Program-made: the position numbers and the translations under genes
Source of the DNA: Octopus sinensis
Taxonomy: Eukaryota
Assembly (NCBI RefSeq): GCF_006345805.1
Contig: NW_021832266.1
Coordinates: 1 to 61,732 of the forward strand
Direction: 5' to 3'
DNA: 61,732 bases
The notes under the pieces: model-generated
The model's database searches: none
Told to the model about the DNA's origin: nothing
What the model saw: only the letters and a program-made list of their open reading frames with translations
Shown here: positions 12,277-25,970 of the stretch, in pieces
Position numbering within the stretch: position 1 is the first letter of the stretch
Layout of the letters: the number at the start of each line of letters is the position of its first letter

Positions 12277-13329
12277 ACTACTACTACTACTACTACCTGT
12301 TATGGCCAGTATTAGGCTCTTTTGTATACTATTGTTTATATAATGTGTGCTCAGCATTTGGCTGTTTTGTACTACTAATTATTAGTATAACTCGTAGGCG
12401 CAGGAGTGGCTGTGTGGTAAGTAGCTTGCTTACGAACCACATGGTTCCGTGTTCAGTCTCATTGCGTGGCACCTTGGGCAAGTGTCTTCTACTATAGCCT
12501 AGAGGTGATCAAAGCCTTGTGAGTGGATTTTGTAGGCGGAAACTGAAAGAAGCCCGTCGTATATATGTATATAAATATATATGCATGAATATAAGAGATA
12601 ATGGTGTCATTGGGACCCAAAGGTCTCAGGTAATGCTGAATAAGTGCTATAGACAGACCATAGTTAAGTTCCAGATTCGGTAATATTGCGAATAAAGGGT
12701 TCAACGTTGGTTCTACCTCAGCGTGTGTGTATATAAGAAATTTTTAGTAATGATATAAAAAAAAAACCAAGGCTGTATAGATATTAGAGCATTTCCGTCT
12801 ACCAAATCCACCCACAAGGATTTTGGTCGGTCCGTGGCTTTAGTAGGAGACGCTTGCCCAAAAGGGAGACCGAACCCAGACCATGTGGTTGGGAAGTAAG
12901 CTTCTTACGACCCGCCGCTCCTAACCAAACTAACACGAACTCTGATTGTCAAGCTGTGGGGGCCACCTACAAACACAAAAGCACACACACACACACAAAA
13001 GCACACACACACAAAAGCACACACACACACACACACAAACAAAAGCACACACACACACGCGCGCACACGCACATGAACGATGGGATTCCACATAGTTTCC
13101 GCCCACTAAATTCACCCGCAAGTTATTGCTCGGCCCTTTCCTATTGTAGAAGACACTTTCCCAAGGTGCTACGTAGTGAGACTGAGCCTGAAACCACCTG
13201 GTTTTAAAGCGAGCTTCCAAACCACAGCTACCCAGCACCTATGTCCATATGATCAGAATTTCTCTGTATTCTCTACATATACATATGTGGTGAATATTTC
13301 TTTATATCACGCAGTCAATGTTCGTCTGT

Positions 13330-13732
13330 TTTGGAAGCATTCCGTCGGTTACGACGACGAGGGTTCCGGTTGATCCGAATCAACGGAACAGCCTGCTCGT
13401 GAAATTAACGTGTAAGTGGCTGAGCACTCCACAGACACGTGTACCCTTAACGTAGTTAACGTAGTTAACGTAGTTCTCGGGGATATTCAGCGTGACACAG
13501 AGAGTGACAAGGCCGGCCCCTTTGAAATACAGGTACAACAGAAACAGGAAGTAAGAGTGAGAGAAAGTTGTGGTGAAAGAGTACAGCAGGGATCACCACC
13601 ATCCCCTGCCGGAGCCTCATGGAGCTTTAATGTTTTCGCTCAATAAACACTCACAACGCCCAGTCTGGGAATCGAAACCGCGATCCTATGACCGCGAGTC
13701 TGCTGCCCTAACCACTGGGCCATTGCGCCTCC
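13330..13732 (-). mobile_element. tRNA-derived SINE, family C, full length with 14-bp TSD
   Basis: Head GGCGCAATGGCCCAGTGGTTAGGGCAGC...GGTTTCGATTCC. CAATGTTCGTCTGT at 13316-13329 and 13733-13746. Confidence 0.9.
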
Positions 13733-13971
13733 CAATGTTCGTCTGTATTATGTAATGATTATATGCGTGATCTTTATATGATTGTATTTTGTACTACAAA
13801 CGGTTATATCCACTTATGAGATTAGTATTTGAAAGTTTTGCAGCAATGATGTTTAGTAATGCCGAAAAGCTATAATACATCTTTTCTCTTTGTATTCATT
13901 CATGGACATCACCTTTTCTATTTTGTTTCAGGCTTCACCTATATTGTTCAAAGGTCTTTTTGCAAATATGT

Positions 13972-14335
13972 CGTCGTAGCACTCCGTCGGTTACGACTAC
14001 GAGGGTTCCAGTTGATCCGATCAATGGAACAGCCTGCTCGGGAAATTAACGTGCAAGTGGCTGAGCACTCCACAGTCATGTGTGCCCTTAACGTAGTTCT
14101 CGGGGGAGATTCAGCGTGACACAGAGAGTGACAAGGCTGGCCCTTTGGAATACAGGTACAACAGAAACAAGAAGTGAGAGAAAGCTGTGATGAAAGAGCA
14201 CAGCCACCTGCCCCTGCTGGAGCCTCGTGGATTCTTCAGGTGTTTTCACTCAATAAACACTCACAACGGCCGGTGTGGGAATCGATACAGCGATCCTGCG
14301 ACTGCGAGTCCGCTGCCCTAACCATTGCGCCTCCA
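13972..14335 (-). mobile_element. Family C SINE with 11-bp TSD
   Basis: Homologous to 13330-13732. TGCAAATATGT / TGCAAACATGT flanks. Confidence 0.88.
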
Positions 14336-14553
14336 TGCAAACATGTAGCCCCCATTTATGTATGTTTCGCGATAGAAAATCTAACAAAAAACGTACACAC
14401 ACACACACATATGCATACAGTTATATACACATACATACATACATACAAACACAAACACACACACACACATGGATAAATTAAGAAATGGAGTCAAACACAG
14501 GTGTTATTCAAATCCTTTTTTCCTTATGCGAACATATTGAAAAAATATACATT

Positions 14554-14648
<95 letters not shown>

Positions 14649-14820
14649 AAGAAAGAAACAAATATTGGTTTATCAAATACCATACAACAAAACGTTCATT
14701 TATGGATATCATCTCCACCTCCAGAGGATGTATCAAAATAACCAGTTCCACTTGAGAAGGGGAGATGATCTCTAGAGTCAAGGACTCTCCAGAACTGACA
14801 CGCCATTCAAGAAAGGTGTA

Positions 14821-16154
14821 AACTGATTTTAATACACTCTTCGACATACTCAATGACGTGTCAAACTAATTTTAATACACTCTTCGACATACTCAGTGAC
14901 GTGTCAAACTAATTTTAATACACTCTTCGACATACTCAATGACGTATCAAACTAATTTTAATACACTCTTCGACATACTCAATGACGTGTCAAACTAATT
15001 TTAATACACTCTTCGACATACTCAATGACGTGTCAAACTAATTTTAATACATTCTTCGACATACTCAATGACGTATCAAACTAATTTTAATACACTCTTC
15101 GACATACTCAATGACGTGTCAAACTAATTTTAATACACTCTTCGACATACTCAATGACGTGTCAAACTAATTTTAATACACTCTTCGACATACTCAATGA
15201 CGTGTCAAACTAATTTTAATACATTCTTCGACATACTCAATGACGTGTCAAACTAATTTTAATACACTCTTCGACATACTCAATGACGTGTCAAACTAAT
15301 TTAATACACTCTTCTTCGACATACTCAATGACGTGTCAAACTAATTTTAATACACTCTTCGACATACTCAATGACGTGTCAAACTAATTTTAATACACTC
15401 TTCGACATACTCAATGACGTGTCAAACTAATTTTAATACACTCTTCGACATACTCAGTGACGTGTCAAACTAATTTTAATACACTCTTCGACATACTCAG
15501 TGACGTGTCAAACTAATTTTAATACACTCTTCGACATACTCAATGACGTGTCAAACTAATTTTAATACACTCTTCGACATACTCAATGACGTGTCAAACT
15601 AATTTTAATACACTCTTCGACATACTCAATGACGTGTCAACTAATTTTAATACACTCTTCGACATACTCAGTGACGTGTCAAACTAATTTTAATACACTC
15701 TTCGACATACTCAATGACGTGTCAAACTAATTTTAATACACTCTTCGACATACTCAATGACGTGTCAAACTAATTTTAATACACTCTTCGACATACTCAG
15801 TGACGTGTCAAACTAATTTTAATACACTCTTCGACATACTCAATGACGTGTCAAACTAATTTTAATACACTCTTCGACATACTCAATGACGTGTCAAACT
15901 AATTTTAATACACTCTTCGACATACTCAATGACGTGTCAAACTAATTTTAATACACTCTTCGACATACTCAGTGACGTGTCAAACTAATTTTAATACACT
16001 CTTCGACATACTCAATGACGTGTCAAACTAATTTTAATACACTCTTCGACATACTCAATGACGTGTCAAACTAATTTTAATACACTCTTCGACATACTCA
16101 ATGACGTGTCAAACTAATTTTAATACACTCTTCGACATACTCAATGACGTGTCA
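14821..16154. repeat. 43-bp minisatellite, about 31 units (AACTAATTTTAATACACTCTTCGACATACTCAATGACGTGTCA)
   Basis: 43-nt period counted directly; the few variant units recur at 3-4 unit spacing. Confidence 0.97.
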
Positions 16155-18213
16155 TACTCAATGATGAGTGATACTCAGTGATATTAAAATCTCAATGCTA
16201 TAACTTACTGAAGGACATAATGGACTCACTTGCATGAAAGACTCAGTTGTATGAAAAAATACAAATAGTATTGAAGACTCGCTGGTATTAATGACTCAGT
16301 AGTATGAGAATCTCACTGATATCAAGAAAACATTTAACTATTTGACAGACTCGATCATATGAATAATTTAACAATATATGAATTAATACGACTTATAATA
16401 GTATGAAAGACTCATTAATGTGAATAGTAAGAAAGACATATTAATACACGTGATTCATTGATATGAAAATTTCATTGATATCGAAGTCTCTGTGGTATGA
16501 AGCGCTAGAAGTCCACAATGATAAAAATAAGCTTTATTTATTCTCTCTCTTATCTCGATCTTATTTCCTATCATATATCTGTTTTGTTCTTTCTTTTTTT
16601 CCAATCTGGATCTCATCAATTTCCAAGATGGGTGAAAGGATCTCCGTTCATTAATGGTTTGGTATCTCTCAGTCAGCTCCGTGGTAAGAGGAAAGATGAT
16701 ATTCGTTGTGGATTAGAAGAAGGAAAAATTGCACTTTTGTGTCCTCTTTTCTAGAGAAATATCTGAAATCGCTATGTTATATTATCTGGATGTTCAGCTA
16801 ATTTAATTAGACCGCTAGTGATGTGTAATTAAAAATAGGAAATTGAGAGAGGATTTGAAATATAATACACATACATGTGTGATTCAGATTATTTTTAACT
16901 TGATGTCAGGTGTACGATCGGAGATCTGAGGAAAATACAAGAGGTAATAATTTGCAGCGAATAATGTGGAAATCGGGTTAAGTTAGCAACCAGTTATAGA
17001 GGACCATAAAGAAAATATATTCTTCTTTCTGTGTGTCCTTTCCAAAAGGGAGATAAATTCAACATTTGTCTTCTTTGGTTGCCATATAGTAATTAGGGTT
17101 TACCTGTTGGAAACATATCTGCTACTTACTATGTCATATTAGGTAATATTACAACAGTAACTGATAGTTCAACAATATCATTGATAATGATTTCAAATTT
17201 TGGCACAAAGCCAGCAATTTCGAGTGAGAGATGGTAATCTTACATTGGCCCAGTTCTTAACTTTGCTTTTCGTCTTCTCGGGGTCGATAAAATCCGAGAA
17301 GACGAAAAGCAAAGTCGATGAAAACAGACAAAATGCCGCTATGCATTTCACCTGATGTGCTAACGAGTCTGCCAGCTCTCTGCCTTATTGATATTGATAA
17401 TACACAGTTATTGCAAATATATGTCCTAACTATATTTGCAACAAAATTTCCGTAAGTTAGAAACCCTTAAATAAGTATTACCCCAGCTATAATTAGAATC
17501 ACAATGAAGGGCAATCACACAATATCCAAGGAACAAAACCACCATAGGCGAAGAAAGCAAGAACCCTTTAACAAGTTCAACCTTACGAGAATGAAAGACA
17601 ACTTAAAGTAACCAGAACACAAAATTTAAAAACATTCAAACAACATGTTTCCGTCATCGGCTGCCTAAAGGATATCGTTATGGTTTCGACACCTGGGCGG
17701 GACCATTCAATTCGGTGATGCCAGCGTTAAAACATAAATAAACACTGCCTTGGAATAAATAGACAAGAATTAGGAGCAAAACATTTGTGTTACACGCCCA
17801 TTACGTCTACACCTGCTAATTATTATAAACACGAATATCAAATCTCAAACTTAAATTGTTTCATACCTATATCTGCGAAGCACAGAAATTAAAAAAATAC
17901 TACAAATTAAACAGGCGTAGGAGTGGATGTGTGGTAAGTAGCTTGCTTACGAACCACATGGTTCCGGGTTCAGTCCCACTGTGTGGCACCTTCGATGGAA
18001 TTTGAACTTAGAATGTAAAGACGGACGAAATGCGGTGCTAGACATTTTGGCCGGCGTGCTAACGACTTTGCCAGTTTACCGCCATAGTATATCCGAATTA
18101 TTACTCGTCAAATACAGGTGACATTCTGGTTATATAAGAACCTCATACTTTAATTTTGATAATTCCAGCAAATTATTTGGAAGTAAAAAAAGTAAAAAAA
18201 CAACCCAGAAACA

Positions 18214-18708
18214 CCGTAAATCCTCGAATATAATCCGCAGAGGATTTTTTGGGGGCTGTACCTCTGAAAATCCTAAACCTTGTGTATAATACGCACCCCT
18301 TCTCTAACTTGAGTCAAGGAGGTCTATATAACGTCCTTGGTTTGCAAAAATGTATACGGTAACGTCCTTTATTATTATTGTATATATAACATAATGCAAA
18401 CGTGTAGCTTTTTTGTGCATTTTGTTTGCAGAAAATAAAGAAATAACAGTATTAACGTTTAATAAATGTTGTTTACTGCAAGTTACGGATGATTATTTTA
18501 TGACTTCATTGCTTTCAGGCTTAGCTTAAGGTATTTTCGCGCCCGACATCACAAAATGCGTCTGAATAAACATTGTCGGACAGCAAATAGAGACTCGGAC
18601 ATTGCTTAGAAAATGTTTATCATTTTTAACCTCGTATATAGTATGCACTAGGGATTTTGACCTTTAAATTTTTGGGAAAAAATGCGGATTATACTCGAGG
18701 ATTTACGG
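18214..18708. mobile_element. 495-bp pogo/Tigger-like non-autonomous DNA transposon
   Basis: 26-bp TIRs CCGTAAATCCTCGA(A/G)TATAATCCGCA with 1 mismatch; flanks CA (left) and TA (right). Confidence 0.85.
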
Positions 18709-19239
18709 TACTTTTATCTTGAAACATATTTTTGTTATATAATAAAATAACTGGAAAGGAAGAAGAAAATCTTCATATTTTGTACTGCTTCGGTTTTACG
18801 CCTTTCTCGAACATTCTTCCTGTATTATATCTTTCACTGGAAGATGTTTAAGTGTTCAGTACGGGTGTTAAGTGATATATTTCCATGGTGATTTCTTTTT
18901 TCTGTTTTACTATTTGTTTCTCCTTTTTCTTTTTTAATCTCCTTTTTTTTTTTGATAGCGACGATTTCAAGAAATCAGATTCCAGCATCTTGTCATTTGA
19001 TTTGTTCGCTGGGAATGGCAAAGAGTACAAAGATATCCGGATGTGTAAATATCGCTTCAACAATAGAAATTGCGCAATGACTTGTTGAACGAAAGATCTG
19101 TTATTAGAGTGAGTGAGATTATTACTGAGCAGAATCACTCAAGAAACCCATTAGCAGAATTGTGAAATTTTCGAAAATACTGAAGCAACAACAACAGAAA
19201 CAACAGCAGTAGCAACAACAACAACAACAACAACAACAC

Positions 19240-19287
<48 letters not shown>

Positions 19288-19288
<1 letters not shown>

Positions 19289-19500
19289 CTTTTCTACTCT
19301 AGTCACAAGGCCCGAAATTTTCGGGGAGGGGGCGGCAGTCGATTAGATCGACCCCAGTACGCAACTGGTACTGAATTTATCGACCTCCGAAAGGATGAAA
19401 GGCAAAGTCAACCTCGGCGGAATTTGAACTCAGAACGCAAAGACAGGCGAAATGCCGCTAAGCATTTCGCCCGGAGTGCTAACGTTTCTGCCAGCTCGCC
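19288..19500 (-). mobile_element. Family A SINE (alternative tail) in (AAT)n
   Basis: Head CTGCCAGCTCGCC at the right end, core motifs, AAT repeats on both sides. Confidence 0.9.
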
Positions 19501-19514
19501 ACATAATAATAATG

Positions 19515-19547
<33 letters not shown>

Positions 19548-19564
19548 TAATAATAATAATAATA

Positions 19565-19597
<33 letters not shown>

Positions 19598-19599
<2 letters not shown>

Positions 19600-19808
19600 A
19601 AACATTAGAAAAATTATTGGAGCTGCTGTCAGGCTCGAAGTGATCCAGAAGACAGCATTGTTGGGTTCAGCTCGCATTCTAACGAGAGTATTGTCTCTTT
19701 GAGTCACAGGAGAAGGCATTACTTGGAAACTTTGGGGATTTGTTGTTGCTTGCTTTCAAGCAAAGAATAACCGGTAATTAAGAACTATCCGAGAGTCTCT
19801 CAGGAAAA
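19598..19808 (+). mobile_element. 5'-truncated Dong/R4-like LINE 3' end, second subfamily
   Basis: KNIRKIIGAAVRLEVIQKTALLGSARILTRVLSL* plus 3'UTR, between (AAT)n(GAT)n and (CAA)n(TAA)n. Confidence 0.75.
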
Positions 19809-21186
19809 CTACAACAACAACAACAAAAACAATAATAATAATAATTTCTGCTAAAGGCACAAGGCCTGAAACTTTTTGGGGGGTGGGGGAGATAGCCGAT
19901 TACATTGATCCCAGTACTTGACCGGTACTAAATTTATCGACCCCGAAAAGATGAGATGCAAATTCGGATTCGGCGAAATTTGAACTCAGAACGTAAAGAC
20001 GGATGAAATGCCGTGAGGTATTTCATCCGGCGTGCTAACGATTCCGCCAGCTCGCCGCTTTAATGATGATGATGATGATGATGATAACTGTTTAATATCT
20101 CGCTTTACTGCGAATCTATATGTTTAACCTAAGTACGAAGACGAAGAAAAAGAAGAAGGAAGGGGAGGAGGAGGAAGAAGACGAGGGGGAAGAGGAGGGG
20201 AAGAGGAGAAGCGGCTGGGTGATATTTACCAGATATACGATAACAACAACATCAACAACACGTCCAGCTTTCAGTTTATATAAAACCTGAAGACAAATTG
20301 AATGTCTATGTCCGAACGATGAATGAAATTGTTTACGCCGTTGGACAAAATGTCATTCACGCTTGTTCCAGGTTTTTTTCCAGGGCAACATTTTAATATT
20401 TAATTAATAAGTAATTCCAATTAAATAACACATAATTTCAATTAAATGTCTGTAAGTGGAACAAGCCTAATTGTCAAGAAACTGAACAACGGATGATGAT
20501 TTCTGCAATATTACTATGTCGACCTAATTAGTCTAGCAGCACTTTTATTAATATCGATAATTAAAATCTGTAGGTTCTTGTCAAGAACTAAGGTGTCAGG
20601 AAGCTACAAGGACATACCTTCGAGTGTCGAGGCGTGTGTTGGGAGTGGAGGTCATGTGGAATATATGTTAGGCATGGCTGTATGGGTTATAAAGTTCGTA
20701 CTTCACAACTCGCAACCATACGGTCTCGGGTTCGATCTGAGTGCTTCTGCGTATCATTTTGGGCCAGCATCTCCCGACGAAAGCCCAGAGTTGACCGATG
20801 CCTTGTGAGTAAAATGTTGTAGACTAAAACTATGCGAAACTCCGTCGTATGTATGTATGCTTGTATGTATGTATGTATGTATGTATGTATGTATATGTGT
20901 GTGTTTGTGTATGTGTGTGTGTATGCCATTATTCAGCTTTTTCAAGATTTCTTGTCAATAGAGAAAGAGCCGGTTTCTAACCTAGATGTTTGTCCCCCCA
21001 CCATTGCTTGATAACCGATACTGGTGTGTTTGTGTCCCCGTAACTTACCGGTTCGGCACAAGGGCCCGATAGAATAAGTACTAGGCTTACAACGAATAAA
21101 TCCTGGGGTAGATTTGCTCGATCGACTAAAGGCGTTGCTCCAGCATGGCCGCACTCAAATGACTGAAGCAAATGAAAGAATAAAAG

Positions 21187-21610
21187 AATACATACATACA
21201 CACATACATACACACACATACATACTTACATACATACACACACACATACATACATACATACATACATATATACATACATACATACATACATACATACACA
21301 TACACATACATACATACATACATACATATATAATACATACATACATGTATACATACATCCATCCACCCATCCATCCATCCATCCATACATACATACATAC
21401 ATACATACACACACACATACATACATACATACATAACATACATACATACATACATACATACATACATACATACACACATACATACATACATACACACACA
21501 CATACATACATACATACATACATACATACATACATACATACATACATACATACATACATACATACATACATACACACACACATACATACATACATACACA
21601 CATACATACA

Positions 21611-21644
<34 letters not shown>

Positions 21645-22124
21645 ATACATACATACATACATACATACATCCATCCATCTATCCATCCATCCATCCATCT
21701 ATCCATCCATACATACATACATACATACATACACACATACATACATACATACATACATACATACATACATACTTACATACATACACACATACATACACAC
21801 ACATACATACATACATATATACATACATACATACATACATACACATACACATACATACATACATACATACATACATACATACATACATAATACATACATA
21901 CATACATACATACATACATACATACACACACACTACATACATACATACATACATACATATATAATACATACATACATGTATACATACATCCATCCACCCA
22001 TCCATCCATCCATCCATCTATCCATCCATACATACATACATACATACATACATACATACATACATACATACATACATACATACATACATACATACATACA
22101 TACATACATACACACATACATACA

Positions 22125-22158
<34 letters not shown>

Positions 22159-22419
22159 ATACATACATACATACATACATACATGTATACATACATCCAT
22201 CCACCCATCCATCCATCCATCCATCCATCCATCCATCCATCCATCCATCCATCCATACATACATACATACATACATACAAACATACATACATACACACAT
22301 ACATACATACATACATACATACATACATACATACATACATACATACATACAAACATACATACATACATACACACATACATACATACCTACCTACATACAT
22401 ACATACATACGTACGTACG

Positions 22420-22450
<31 letters not shown>

Positions 22451-22475
22451 CACCACACACACACACACACACACA
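21187..22475. repeat. Compound (CATA)n/(CATC)n/(CA)n array with higher-order repeats
   Basis: Directly visible; source of the MYVC/HTYI ORFs. Confidence 0.95.
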
Positions 22476-22559
22476 CTGAGATAAGCTTGGGCCAGAATTG
22501 ACCTAAGCCATACCTAACTTAAAAAAGCACCACTTGAAAAAGTAATTTAATGGTGTTTC

Positions 22560-22846
22560 ATATCACAGCCTTTCTTTGGGCACCATAAACCATTCGTCGA
22601 GCAAAGTGTTATTGTTTGAAAAGATAAAACAGGGCGTAGGCAGTTTATCTGGAATTTCTTGGAGATATCCATCCAGGAACCGTTTTGAGTGTTATGATTG
22701 TTTTCACTTCTCTAATGTTTTTGGCACGATGCTAAAGAGAGAGTAGGGCTAGTTGAGGTGAAATAGTTCTTTGTTGGTATTGTGATATGGCGTGAGCATG
22801 ATTTTTGTTGAGGGAGGATGGCACGGGACCAAGCGTTGCGTGATTT
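22560..22846 (-). mobile_element. CR1/Jockey-group LINE 3' relic
   Basis: Frameshifted translation RAILPQQKSCSRHITIPTKNYFTSTSPTL/FSIVPK...KRFLDGYLQEIPDKLPTP...NNNTLLDEW resembles the invertebrate CR1-like C-terminus (GP.LFN..PK...LD.FL..IPD.P..PGY...NSL..W). Confidence 0.75.
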
Positions 22847-22910
22847 TTTTAAGTTAATGCCAACATCATTATAGACATGCACCCAAAGTCCAAGCAGTTA
22901 CACGCACGCA

Positions 22911-22948
<38 letters not shown>

Positions 22949-22996
22949 ATATATAGTGAGAATTTACAAAAAAAATAATAAAAGATGAAGAGATGT

Positions 22997-23053
22997 ATTA
23001 GTTTAACGCTCGGGAAGTGAGAAAGTCTTTTAGTTTCGAGCCTACGCTCTTCG
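22997..23053 (-). mobile_element. Truncated copy of the hammerhead-bearing repeat at 885-950
   Basis: Minus strand GAAGAGCGTAGGCTCGAAAC-TAAAAGACTTTCTCACTTCCCGAGCGTTAAACTA aligns to 894-950; the upstream core is replaced by a (GT)n run. Confidence 0.65.
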
Positions 23054-23095
23054 ACACACACGCACACATATTTATATATATTATATATATATATA

Positions 23096-23143
<48 letters not shown>

Positions 23144-23348
23144 TGTGTGTGTTTGTTTGTGTGTATGTGCGCGCGCGCGTTCGTATGTGTGTGTGTGTGT
23201 AGGTTTAGGCTACCATTGGTTTCATGCGAAGAGAGAGAAACTCCTTAACAATTATCAAGCGTGGCACACGGAACATCGATGTTAGTGTCCATCTTGAATT
23301 AAAAAACACCAATGCGGTGTTGAGCACTCATCCACATTGTTCGATATT

Positions 23349-23432
<84 letters not shown>

Positions 23433-23434
<2 letters not shown>

Positions 23435-23793
23435 TCTCTTTACTCTTTTACTTGTTTCAGTCATTTGACTGCGGCCATGCTGGAGCACCACCTTTTAGTA
23501 CTTATTCTATCGGTCTCTTTTTGCCGAACCGCTAAGTGACGGGGACCTAAACACACCAGCATCGGTTGTCAAGCAATGCTAGGGGGACAAACACAGACAC
23601 ACAAACACACACACATATACATATATATACATATATACGACAGGCTTCTTTCAGTTTCCGTCTACCAAATCCACTCACAAGGCATTGGTCGGCCCGGGGC
23701 TATAGCAGAAGACACTTGCCCAAGATGCCACGCAGTGGGACTGAACCCGCAACCGTGTGGTTGGTTAGCAAGCTACTTACCACACAGCCACTC

Positions 23794-23796
<3 letters not shown>
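23433..23796 (-). mobile_element. tRNA-derived SINE, family B (head GGAGTGGCTGTGTGGTAAGTAGCTTGC, internal microsatellite)
   Basis: tRNA-like head, internal (TA/TG)n, 3' CAGCATGGCCGCAGTCAAATGACTGAAACAAGTAAAAG. Confidence 0.9.
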
Positions 23797-23828
<32 letters not shown>

Positions 23829-24404
23829 ATTTGGTGTTGAGTGTTGGAAAAGAGAGTGCTCAATACTGTAGAAGTGATTAATAATAGATTCTAGTTTGGT
23901 CGAGTCAACCTCTTGCTACTCTGAGTTTCAGCTACTGGTACAGTGGCTCTACAGTGAAATTGTAACTCAGGCAGGTCATGACTTCAGGCAATTGATAATT
24001 TGCTTAACGATCCTGTGTACCCACAGGCCGAACTCAGGATAGCAAGAGACTCGACTCGGCTAAGATAATATATATATATCTGTGTTTGTAGGTGTGCGTG
24101 CGTCTCTGTGTGAGTGTGTGTGTGTATGTTTCTGTCAGTGTTTCTCTGTTATTCGCCCTCTTCGTTATTTCCCCTGCCTCTTCTAGCCAGCTTATTCGCA
24201 TCTCTACTTGTCTCTTAGTAAATAATCTCGGAGATTTGCTTACGTAGTTTATTCTCTCTTCTTTTCAATCTCATATTTGCCTGTCTTTTCTGTCTGTCCG
24301 TCTGTCGGTATGTCTCTCTGCCTATCTGTCTGTGTGTCTGTAAGTCTACCTACTTGGTCTTTCTGCCTTTCTAAATCTCTGTCTGTTTGTCTCTTTCTTA
24401 TTTC

Positions 24405-24807
24405 GTTATTGCTCACAAGGGGCTAAACATAGAGGAGACAAACACGGTCAGATTAAGTCGATTATATCGATCCCAGTGTGTAACTGGTACTTATTTAATC
24501 GACCACGAAACGATGAAAGGCAAAGTCGACCTCGGCGGAATTTGAACTCAGAGTGTAAAGACAGACGAAATACCTATTTCTTTACTACCCACAAGGGGCT
24601 AAACACAGAGGAGACAAACAAGGACAGAAAAACGGATTAAGTCGATTATATCGATCCCAGTGCGTAACTGGTATTTAATTTATCGTCCACGAAAGGATTA
24701 AAAGCATAGTCGATCTCGGCGGAATTTGAACTCTGAACGTAGCGGCAGACGAAATACCGCTAAGCATTTCGCCCAGCGTGCCAACGTTTCCGCCAGCTCG
24801 CCGCCTT
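24405..24807 (-). mobile_element. Family A SINE dimer
   Basis: Two units joined at the AAAGAAATA|GGTATTTCGTCTG junction (24567-24590). Confidence 0.88.
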
Positions 24808-25132
24808 TTGTTAGTCTCTTTCTGTCGTCTCTTTCCCGCTGTTTTGGTTTTCACGTTTTCCTTCCCACTTTAACTCGTTCAGCAATCGAAACTTTACACC
24901 AATTCAACGCTGCTCTCTTTTCATGACATTCTCACGGTGAATTCTGTGAATCTGAAAACCATTTTTTTCTTGCTCTTTCTCTCACTCTAATTCTCCATTC
25001 ATAGGACTGTGTGTATGCGTGTATCAGTGTGTGCATGTGTGCATGAATGTGTATGTGTACATGAATGTGTGTGCGTGCATTAAATGTTTCTCTGTATGTT
25101 TATATGCGTGTCTATATACGTATTGTTTCTCT

Positions 25133-25206
<74 letters not shown>

Positions 25207-25393
25207 CGAGCACATGTTTATGCACGTGTGCGAGAAGATATGTGTGGGTTCGTATGTGTACGTGCGTATCATTGTATGAATATCTATGTATTGTTTTTTA
25301 AAATTTTATTTTAGTCTTCCTGTCTCTATGTGTATCCGTTTGTCCCTCTTTCCATCCATCCATCCATCCATCCATCCACCCATCCATCCTTGC

Positions 25394-25441
<48 letters not shown>

Positions 25442-25569
25442 CTATCATTCAATCAGTCTATCTACCTGTCTGTCTGTCAATTTATCGCCACCCACTCATC
25501 TATCTATGTGTATATATCTATATATACATATACACAGATGCATATATATATAGATATATACCTTCGCAC

Positions 25570-25624
<55 letters not shown>

Positions 25625-25889
25625 GCATAGATATATGATCCACCTTGGAGACGTTTGTCTCTCACCTTTTCTCTCTTTCACACGTTCCATCTCTCCATCT
25701 CTCCATCGCTTCATCTCTCCATCTCTCCGTCTCTCCGTCTCTTCGTATCTCTCCTCCAGATTTATGCCATCATTTCTGTCACTTACTACATAATTTCTGA
25801 TGAAGCTACGAATTCTCACACAAAGAAACCTAAACCATTAGTCATAATGGCGCGTTCTCTCTGAAACCAGATCTGTCTTCCTCTACCCT

Positions 25890-25970
25890 GTTGCTAAGCA
25901 ACCGCATCATCATGCCATACCAGAATGCTTCTCTCAGGATGACGTGACGTGTGTAGGTGGTCGAACCTAC
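25890..25970. promoter_or_regulatory. Candidate cis-regulatory cluster (RFX X-box-like palindrome and tandem CRE-like TGACGT sites)
   Basis: GTTGCTAAGCAAC at 25890-25902, TGACGTGACGT at 25940-25950 and a GTAGGT..ACCTAC hairpin at 25953-25970, in a unique island between microsatellites. Confidence 0.3.

Noticed and set aside
14821-16154. CRISPR-like appearance of the 43-bp array
   Set aside because: Units are contiguous with no unique spacers, and the context is eukaryotic.
16872-16925. About 51-nt minus-strand segment with good acceptor and GTATGT donor
   Set aside because: Stop codons in all three frames.
17470-17720. Possible Penelope GIY-YIG C-terminus and degenerate hammerhead
   Set aside because: Too degenerate; no CUGANGA core and no continuous motif.
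18956-19088. + strand acceptor followed by a short open frame (DDFKKSDSS...)
   Set aside because: No recognisable protein and no partner exon on the + strand.
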